Shown: positions 54,317-64,000 of the stretch, in pieces
Numbering within the stretch: position 1 is the first letter of the stretch
How the letters are laid out: every line of letters begins with the position of its first letter
Source: Geosiphon pyriformis uo1
Taxonomy: Eukaryota; Fungi; Glomeromycota
Direction: 5' to 3'
DNA length: 64,000 nt
Assembly (NCBI GenBank): GCA_016748015.1
Contig: JAAOMT010000752.1
Span: 194,976-258,975, forward strand
Program-made: the position numbers and the translations under genes
Notes under the pieces: generated by a model
Databases searched by the model: none
Told to the model about the DNA's origin: nothing
What the model saw: the letters and a program-made list of their open reading frames with translations, nothing else

Positions 54317-55832
54317 TCATCGATACTTCATTTGGTCCATTTTGGGGCAATCCTTAAAGGTGATTCCAAAATACGAACCATCATACGTGAAATCGTGTCG
54401 ATAACGCACATCTTGATTATTTAAGCATTGCTGGTAGAGGTAAAATTTAATAAAATTAAAGCAGGAAAGAAGCTGACGAATCTTTCAAAATTAAGATCTT
54501 TTATAAATCAACTTACTTTATTTTCATCGATCAACACTCCGAATTCATCCACGATTCCTTTACACTTGTATGTTTGAATTTGTTCGTCACAATCACATTC
54601 AATTTTCCCGATCCAATATTCAGTCTCATAATGCATATAGGATTGTCTCCTTTGTGGAAATCTTGGGATCATATCGTCAAACAAAGTAAACCGAAATATC
54701 CTGAGTCCACTTATCGTATCCATATATTGCGCAAAACTACGGTTTCCCATACGTGGTGAACCCCATGTAAACACTGTGACTTTTTTATTTGGATTAAGCT
54801 TTTTAAATTTAAGTGCCGAGAATAGGGCTATGACTGTTGAAAAGATTTCGAATGCGATTTTTGATGTAAGAATTTTTTGTTTTGTATACCATTTAAAAAA
54901 ACAATCGAGATTCTACATACTAACCCCCAGCTAATCGATGCCCGGTAAAGTTCACTATTTCATTCTTATGTGATGTAGCTTGCGTCTCATTAACGAAATG
55001 ATTAACAATTTCATTTTCGGCTTCTTGGTATATTGCAAAGAATTTTGCATCAACTTTTACTTTTCCCTTTAGAGGCCCGATCATCCCTGGATAAATTTCT
55101 AAACGATTCAGTCGGTCATGGCTGAATAGCTTCCAATTTTTGTGAATTTCTGGTGCTCGGAAATACATGACCGTTACTTTGGATGTAATTTCCATTTTTC
55201 CTAATTTTAATTTCAGGAATTGTGCCTAATTAGAAGTGAAACCAATGACGTCTTTGATATTCTCAATCACCTTGAATTGAATCTGAGAAGTGAACTATTT
55301 CACTTGGTGAACAGTATGCTTTATTGGTATACCAGGCGAATCTTTTAAAATTAGCTTTAATTAGAGGATCTTGTACGGCTTCAGGTTGAAATTCCCTAAC
55401 CGATTTCAAATCCTCAGCAATCAATTCAAATTTAGAATTTTTTGAAATATTACTATTTAAAAAAGATTTTCCTTTTTCGAAATTTTGGTCTTGGAAAAAA
55501 TAATCGCGCCGTTTTAATGAAATTTTTTTTGCTAAAAGTGAGACTTTCTCTCTCACGTTAAAATTTAAATTTATTCTCTGATGACTGCTGAAGCCTGTGA
55601 CTGTTTTGCGAAATTTTTGACCGAATTTTTTTCCAAAATTTTTTGAAAGATCCAAAAAAACAAATATCGACCCAAAAATCAATAAAATGAGAGATAATTT
55701 TCTTAGCTGGTTAAGCCTAAAGGCTTGAAAATGATACCACTGCATTTTCTTAAACCCTAAAAAGGAAGCAAATTTTTTTATAATCATCTGGTCCTTAGAG
55801 TGAGTTGAGATAGAGGTTGAAATTTTTTTCAT
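54317..55832 (-). CDS. Class 3 lipase-fold protein lacking the catalytic Ser (paralog 1), 4 exons
   Basis: N-terminal TM, AYC, YFRA, FTGHRLAG, VFTWGSPRMGN, DDMIPRFP, YMHYETEYWI and CLN...YFG. Confidence 0.85.
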
Positions 55833-56425
55833 CAAATTATAATTCACTCGTATAAAAATAATAATAAATAAAACATATCATACTTTAGGATTGAAAAAAT
55901 TCAGTCAATCTTTGATCCACCAGTTTTCCTTTAATATATACAATATTTAAAAATTTTCTCGCGGTTTAAAAAAAGGGAAAATTCTTGATTTAGAAATAAA
56001 TCCATATGTCAAAATATTTACTTTTCAGTACAAAGTAGGCTTTCATCGATCAATTAGTTGTTTAGGGTCTAAGCCTTTTTCTAAAATATATCCTTTCATA
56101 GGGTCTATGATTAATGATGATGACGACAATCAAAGCTATAATTTCGAACCAGATGTTTTAGTATAAGGTATGTTTAGCTAATATTTAAATTTATTTCCAT
56201 AGCTTTTACGCTATTAAAACCTTTAAAGAAAAAATATTTGGCATAAACTGATTTTGATGTTAAAAAAAAATATACATTTTTGAGACTTTTTAAATTTGGT
56301 CCAATAAAATCATAAAGTTCGGATTGTTTGGGAAGCAAAATTTGATGTTTTTCTGAATTTTCTTTTGAAATTTTTATATATTGTTGCAATGTTTAGTGAT
56401 AATATGCTTGCATTCCAAGAAGTTA

Positions 56426-56458
<33 letters not shown>

Positions 56459-56833
56459 GGTAAATTTTAAAAAATATAACAATTAATAGAGTTATAAAAA
56501 CAAAAATTCAAATTTCATCTAACAAAACAGAACAAAACAAAACAAAACTAAACAAAACTAAACAAAACAAACAACAAAAAATATATAAATAGAATTGTGC
56601 TTCAAATTTGTCAAGTACATTGCAATTTTATTGGAATAAATTAAAATTTAAGCTTGAAAAAATTATTCTAATAAACAAATTTTTGTTTATTAGAATAATT
56701 TTTAATGCTATTTTGCACATTCTTTTAAAAAGTTTACTAATAAAAATAATTGTTACACTCACAACTATACTAAGAAAAAACTTGGAAAATGTAACAACTA
56801 AAAACTTCTTCAGTGTAAACCTTTTTTTTTTTT

Positions 56834-58304
56834 TCAATTGTTACCATCTTTTGGAGAACAAATCTTAAAAGTGGTTCCAAAATAGGGGCCATCATATGTA
56901 AAATCGTGCTGAGAGCGGTGGTTTTGACCATTTAAGCACCACTGATAATATAGTAAGTTTTTAAAAAAATAAAACTTTATTAAAATCCAAAACAGAGATC
57001 AAGAAATATTGCAAATATATTTGTTAAAAAATTAATATCTTACCAGATTTTCACCCTGCAACACTAAAAATTTATCCATTCTTCCTTTACAACTATATAT
57101 TTCATCCTTTATTTTAGTTCCACACTCACAGCCAGCGTTCTTGATCCAAATTTCCATCTCGTATTGCATATAACCTTTTTCGATTGGTGGAAATCTTGGA
57201 ATCATATCATCATACAATGTCACACGAAATACCTTAAATTTTTTCATTAGATTATAATATTGAGCAAATTCTAGGTTTCCCATACGTGGTGAACCCCATG
57301 TAAACACGGTAATTTCTTTCTGTGGATAAATTTTTTTAAAATCAATCGCGGCAAAAATGGCGATGACTAGTAACAGAGTTTTCATAAGGTTGATTTGTGA
57401 AAATTATTTTAGCACAAAAAATTTCCACTGACTCACCTCCAGCTAGTCGATGGCCAGTGAGTATTAACCCCTTATTTGGGCTCTCGACAGATATTTTCCC
57501 CCCAAGAACACGTAAAATTTCATTCTTGGCTTGGTTGTACATTGCAAAAAAGTTAGTGTCAACTTTTACTCTTGTTTTTAGAGGCCCGATCACTCCTGGA
57601 TAAATTTCTAAACCATTCAGCCGGTCTTTGCTGAATAGCAACTCATTGTCTTGAATTTCTGGCGCTCGGAAAAATAAGACTATGTTGCTTACTTCAAGTT
57701 CGCTATTGCCTAAGTTAAAAATGATCTCAATTAATAAATTTGAGACACTTTTAATTAATGTTAATTATTGCCCAATTACCTTGAATATATTTTGAGAATC
57801 GTAACAACTTTTGATGCGATGAACAATACGCTCTATTCGCGTACTCTGCGACTTTCCCGAAATTTCTAATTGTTCTATGATTGTTTATGAGACTGGGTAT
57901 GTCTCTTACATTTTTTTCCGAATTTCTACTTGCTAATTTATAATTCGAATCTGTAGGAATAAAGACATGTTGAATTGTTAAAACACCCTTTTTACTTGCT
58001 TCCTAGTATAATTATTACCTTGTAAATGATACGTGTGCTCTTGAAATTCTCTTTTAAAAAATTGATTTTTTTCTTTATTAATAAAGATTTCATTCATTCC
58101 TCGCATTCTGTCAATGCCTGTTTTACTAAATGGTTCACTCAATTTTTGATCCAACTTTTTAGAAAGTTCTAAAATAATCAGGATTGAACTTAATGTTAAC
58201 GAAATGAGAGACAATATTTTTAGATTTTGTATTTTCGGGTTTATCAAATAATTCATCTGCATTTTTCTAGTTAAAAGAGAATAATTTTTTTTTTTTAAAA
58301 TCAT
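56834..58304 (-). CDS. Class 3 lipase-fold protein lacking the catalytic Ser (paralog 2), about 5 exons
   Basis: N-terminal TM, AYC, FFRA, LTGHRLAG, VFTWGSPRMGN, DDMIPRFP and CLN...YDGPYFG. Confidence 0.82.
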
Positions 58305-59666
58305 CTTTGGTTTTGTAGCAAAAGATTTATCTAGATATTCCCAGGTTTATGAAATATGGTCTATTTCGCAAATGTTATTACCCTTTAAAGTTAGCGGTTC
58401 ATCAAGTTTTCAACGATAAATTTAACCTAGTTTTTTGTTTTTGATAGCAAGTTTTTTAACAAGATTTCCCGATACACTAATTTAGATTTAGTCATTAAAG
58501 TTTTTGAATTTTTGATTAAGAGAGATAAGCAAAATAGTTGTTAATGTGCCAAAATTAAAGTTAGAGTCTCGATCTGAAATTGGCAGAATAATAAGACGAT
58601 TGCTAAAGGAGACGGGAGGATATAAAATTAATATTTTGCTAGATTTTTAATAAACGAATTTTAAATCATTTTTTAGAATTAATTTTTCTTTAACAAACAT
58701 TTGGTAATAAATAAATAAGCAAAATAAATCATGAGAACTTTTTTTTTAAAAAAAAAACATCTTTAATACTAACCTGGAAGATGATTAAGTTTTTGAAAAA
58801 AAAAATTCAAACAGTTATGAATCCAAAAATTTAGAAATGATGGTTTCTGATCAAGTTTTATTTTTTGCAAAAGTGATTTCAGAGTTCATTCGTCCATTTT
58901 CAAATGAACTCAGCTTATTGGAGTTTAACATTTAAAAATATAGAAAGGGTTTCCTAAGAATCTCTGTAAACATTAAGTTTTAATACCACAGAAAAAAAAT
59001 TTGATCATAATATCTTTATTTATAAAAATTATTAATAAAAAAACCAAGGCATCAAATTTTTTGAAAATTATTTTAATGAAGATAGTTTTATTTCAAAAAT
59101 TAATCATTTAAGTATTACTTATTTGTCTCAGTTTTCTATTCAAATTTATTATTATTATTTTTTACAAAAAAATAAATCCCCAAAAATATTTATTTTCAAA
59201 GTTAAGTAAATAATTACATTTCGTATAATCCCAAGATTCTCCAAGTTTCATTCTTTCAAAATAATATGGTCAAAAGACAATTTTAACCTCAAATAAAGGT
59301 ACATTTCAGAAAGTTTAATATTTCAAAATAAAACATCAAAATCTAATGAATGATGCAATTTTTTTTTTATGCCAAATTTGGCATGTGACAAGAAAAAATA
59401 TGTATAAATAGGTTAAAAACACTGAGAAAAAATTATAACCAAACAATAACAAGACGAATAAGTTTTAACTAATGACTTTTCTTTATTCCTTTTTCTCATT
59501 TATTGATGAAACCTCTTTAAGCTATTTACTGAATTCATAAAGATACTTCCTTTTCTAGTAAAAAGAATGATCTTATTCACCCCAATCGCAAAATCAAACA
59601 TTAAACTTCTGAGCCTTCAATTGATGAGGTCCTCGCTGATCCGGGAACTGAAAGAGTATTTTCTCG

Positions 59667-60680
59667 TCAAATCAATGCCAATTTCAAACTTGATTCTCCA
59701 AAAAATGGAAACACTATTGTCAAAGTCTTACCTGCAACCTCCATATAGCGTCTTATAATTTGCCGAGCAACATCTAAAGAAGCTTGACACCCAGCTGCCG
59801 TGGATTCAGTCACAGCTTGATACATTGGATAGAAGGATACTAAGACGACTGCACCCAGAATCAAGAGATCCATCGCGATAATTAAAGGGATTAATGCGAT
59901 TGTCGCCACCAAAATTGCTAGAAAACTAACAAATTTACACCATCGATCCAATTTCCAAAATGCTCTCCAGAGCACAATTTCACTACGGAGCAAAATTGGG
60001 ATATAGAAGGCTACACACACAAATATAGTGACCGGGATCGTGACAAATCCATAAAATGGAAAAATCAAAGCTCCAACAAGGATTCGCCAGAAAGCGAAAT
60101 CGATGGGTGGTTCATGGGGTTTACTATCCTCTATCACAAACTCAGGAATTAATTTCGTATGCAATGACCACATTCCATTGGAAAGCTGCAAAGCAGTGTG
60201 AAATGGTGCGACGACTGGTGATTCCGATAAATATGACCATCTTTCTTCTAATTCTGGGTTATCAGCGTTCAAAGCAACCAAATCATGTCCGGCTAATCGA
60301 TGATACAAATAATAAATCAAAGCAGCCGTCTGTGACAAATCATAATAATGATCTTCACTTCTCGCGGTATGTTCAATTATTGGCCCCAAAATTAAAATCC
60401 AAAAGGTAAAAATGACACAAGCCGAAATTCCAATCGGAAAATAAAGTATTATTGGAATTGGTGAAAATAAGAAAAATAAAAATTTCAGATTTGGTCCGTA
60501 TCTTTTATTTGAAAAGATCCAAAAGTAAACGTTTTTAATAAATGAAAAGAAGCATATCATCAAAATGAAAAAAGTTGGTATTAGACATAGAAAGAGAATT
60601 GGTAGTAGATAAAGTGTTGAATCAATGAGGATTAAATGAAGACTACAAAGGAACCGGAGAGCGTTATTATAGTCGGGCAT
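59667..60680 (-). CDS. Intronless multi-pass membrane protein of unknown function
   Basis: A 337-codon ORF from MPDYNN with 5-7 hydrophobic segments and a KRYGPNLKFL loop. Confidence 0.8.
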   Translation of the reverse strand: MPDYNNALRFLCSLHLILIDSTLYLLPILFLCLIPTFFILMICFFSFIKNVYFWIFSNKRYGPNLKFLFFLFSPIPIILYFPIGISACVIFTFWILILGPIIEHTARSEDHYYDLSQTAALIYYLYHRLAGHDLVALNADNPELEERWSYLSESPVVAPFHTALQLSNGMWSLHTKLIPEFVIEDSKPHEPPIDFAFWRILVGALIFPFYGFVTIPVTIFVCVAFYIPILLRSEIVLWRAFWKLDRWCKFVSFLAILVATIALIPLIIAMDLLILGAVVLVSFYPMYQAVTESTAAGCQASLDVARQIIRRYMEVAGKTLTIVFPFFGESSLKLALI

Positions 60681-63600
60681 TTTTGTGCGTGTCAATTTAG
60701 ACGTGAGAAGACGATCAGTTTCATGTAAAGCAACAATCAAGTAGGGTTCCAGCCTTTATGGTATTTGCGTAACAAAATACCACTTGATCCCAAAAGGAGA
60801 TTATTTACATTCTGTAAACATGACAACGCCCCGTATTGATTGATAGCAAGAGTTGAGCCTCGATAAGCGATATTCAGACCAGAAACACAAGTCAAAACAA
60901 ATAAAGAAATAAACTAAATGGCATTTTTTCCAATATTCATCTAAATTATTCACAAATCATTAACCTGACTTTTTAATTTCATAGTAGCTATTATAGCATA
61001 CTGAGCTAGCTCTTCATAATTCATAATTTGGCCAGGATTAGCGACAAGAATTAATCAAATTTTTAAGAAATGCAAAGCTAGATTCAGAATAATAAAGTTC
61101 TTCAAAGCGTCCTTTCGTTATTTATATTCCTTTTTTTTATGAATGAACTCATTTGTGCAAACAGATTAATTATGAGAGAGGAATTAAACGTTCGGCTTTA
61201 ATCTACCAAAACGGATTGTTTATCCCACAAAGTATTTTGTATACATCAATTAATTACGTAATTCTCAAAATAAATTCTACTTTGTGAGCAAACGGAGATT
61301 GAGGGTAAAATTGCCAGCCTTCTTTTTGACTATTAACGGAATCTTTATGATTATATCATATTCTGGTCCATAATCGTTTCAAAATTTTTAATAAATTATT
61401 TTTTTTCCCACAATTTCGTATAAATTTATTTATTTTTTCTTTTACTTTTTTTAACCGTTGTTTCTTTAAATCTTTCTAGTCTTATCATTTTTTTGGTCGA
61501 TATGTCGATATGTCGATAATGTAACCATGTGCAAAATAAATTCATTTAATAAAAATATTGTACACTTTTTAAATCGATCTATCTTTTGGGGGGATTTGTT
61601 TGGGTAAATCTGAAACCGAAATAAAATTGATGAAAACACATTTAAAAAAATACTTGAAAACATACCTGAAACATATAATATTGACTACCTACCAAACAAA
61701 ATAAACGAAAAATTATTGAAAAAACCAAATTTAAATTTGTAAACGAGTTTTTTTTTATCCAAAAACAGGACACAAATTTTTTTTATAAATAATAAAAAAA
61801 AGCCTTTAATTATTGTTTGAAAAATGCTAATAGCAGAAAAAGAATTGCTTTGATGATTATAATAATAATAATAATAATAATTCAACAACATTGATTCGTA
61901 ATAAAAAATAATTCAAAAGTCAAAATGGTAAAAGATGTAAAATACGAATAGAGCAAAAGAATTTGTATTAATAATCATAAAAAATTGATTAGTTATTAAT
62001 TAATAACTCAGTAAAAATAAAGTGACCAAATAAATTACTTTGATTTTTAATTCATTTTCAAAGTTTTTAAAAATATTTTATTATCTTAATATTTTGAAAT
62101 TAAAAAAAAACATTATTTTCATATATTTTTTATTAAAACTTATTTTCACAAGCTCAAAATTGCAAAAATCAAATTAAAAAGAATTTTTTTTCAATTTTTA
62201 AAAATTCAATTATATCTCCATTTTATCATAACTTTTCAACAAATAATTCAAAAAGAAAGATTAAACACTACAAAAAAGCCTTGTATGCTAAAAATGTTTT
62301 TAGCATACAATCGTGAAATAGTGAACTTTAATGCTAAATTTTTAAATTAGGAACGTGAGCGAAACGATATTTAATCTATTTGATAATGGATAAATAGAGC
62401 TTAAATTCATGAACAATCTTGACATCTAAATTTATAATTTGTGAAATTTATACTTTATAATTTTTTATGAAAGCTAAAAAAAAACTCATCTTCCTTATTT
62501 ATGCAAAAACTGGTTTATTATAACCCTTATTAACCTTGAATGTAAATGTAAATATTTTTTCTTTGATTGAAAATTATTTTGTAAGTTATGGCTTGTAGGC
62601 TATAAAAAGAACCTGCCTAATAAATCTGATTTTGTTCTCTTTAGATATGTACTCAGTACCTCAACACTTGACAAATTTTTATAATTTATATCACTATTAA
62701 AATTCAAATTATTTTAATTGGTATGGGATTTTTGGATAAAGCCTTGCTTAAAGTTTACATTTTACAAATGGTTTAAATCTAAATTCAATGTAAATTTTTA
62801 AACTAATTTTATTTTATCAAATTGAAATATTATATTTTAATTTTATTATAAAGCAAGATTCCTTATTTATTCATAAACTCATCAGAAGTTTAAAATTAAA
62901 CAGACCCTGATAGTAATTTTTTTATAAACTTGTATCATATTACAAAATATGCGATCAATGTTTTGTTTCTAAAGCTTAAAGTTATTTATTTATTTATTCA
63001 ATAGAAAGGTTTTCTAAAAACATTAATATTGTAATTAAACCAATAATAATTCCATTTTTGAGAACGTTTTAGTCCATATAACAGTTTCAAGCATTTTTTT
63101 ATCCTGACTCTAATTTCAATGATGAAAGTTCAAGTTTTCGTTTATAAGTTCAAATCATATAAATTATTTAACGTTGATAAAACCTTTAAAAGGTAAGCCA
63201 CTAAGAAAAATCATAGGTGATTTCTAAGATAAAGATTAACAAAGAAAATAAACAACATGTAAAAATATAAACATATATTAAGTACAAATAAAAGTAAAAT
63301 TTATTATCATTGATTTATATTAAAATTATATAAAACATTAAATTTATGACCTTTAAAATTTTTCAAAGAATACAATTGATCATTTTTTAAAATGATTGAT
63401 ATACATCTACAGTATAGTTTGATCTTTTTTTAAGATCAAACCTTATCATTCATTATCGGTTTAAATAAATAATACTACAAGAAATTAAAAATTGAAGCTG
63501 TTTTCTAGTTTGCCTCCTGAAATTTTTTAGATCTTAAAGTTACTAATATGCATTACTTGAGAGCACAACCTTTAAACTCCCTTTTGTTGAATCATTAATT

Positions 63601-64000
63601 TACTTGCCCAGAAAAGAAATACACGTTTTTACTACGAAATATAGGAAATTTCTGCTAAAATAATGGCGCTAACCTCTGGGTGTATACCCAATTTGGTTGC
63701 ACATATATTATCCCTTTATTGTATGATCATTTACATACAATCTGATTTTCATATCACAATAAACCCGAATAATTGTATCGTGTATACGTCAGTGTTTCCA
63801 ACACTCCCCGCGTAAATAATAGTAACTAATGTTTCCCGTCAGTCCTTTTAGGGATCATTTCCAGAATACCGGGCTCGCTGACGAAATTTTATAAAACATT
63901 CTACGGTCCATTTATCTTGGGCGGAATTTTAAATTTCTATAATTGACCAATTAAAGCTCAATAAATTTTTAATTCTCATTAAAAAAGTTAATTCAATTTT

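Noticed and set aside
56428-56580. (TA)n and AAAAC-type repeats
   Set aside because: Ordinary microsatellites; not telomeric.
61400-63600. AT-rich desert (similarly 18830-19980, 23450-24500 and 29000-30700)
   Set aside because: Probably eroded repeats, but no motif or terminus was recoverable, so no element was called.

Overview
AT-rich, intron-containing eukaryotic DNA from a fungus. The gene families (BTB-BACK-TLDc, MATH-BTB, F-box, TKL kinase, LaeA-like methyltransferases, class-3 lipases) point to Glomeromycotina, possibly Archaeosporales such as Geosiphon or Ambispora; this assignment is inference. 1-4.4 kb is a hypermutated LINE (APE-RT-RNase H-Zn finger). 4.7-15.9 kb holds conserved genes: PIS1, a PalI/SUR7-family gene, CDC37, ERV2 and ATG17. 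16.8-18.8 kb is a pogo/Tigger DNA transposon with TIRs, a TA target-site duplication and an assembly gap. 20-61 kb is an accessory region with genes almost all on the minus strand: BTB proteins, a kinase, three methyltransferase paralogs (two form an inverted duplicated pseudogene pair), a small secreted protein, an AIG1-like membrane protein, an F-box protein, two class-3 pseudo-lipases and an intronless membrane protein. Main finds not in the ORF track: a decayed Fanzor2/IS607-TnpB RNA-guided nuclease gene at about 27.2-27.6 kb; an exact orphan copy of the pogo right TIR at 26.5 kb; a tandem lipase pair sharing GHS->GHR loss of the catalytic serine; a 34-bp micro-inversion inside the inverted duplication; and a RIP-like G/C-loss gradient across the LINE. 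All calls come from manual reading; no database searches were run.
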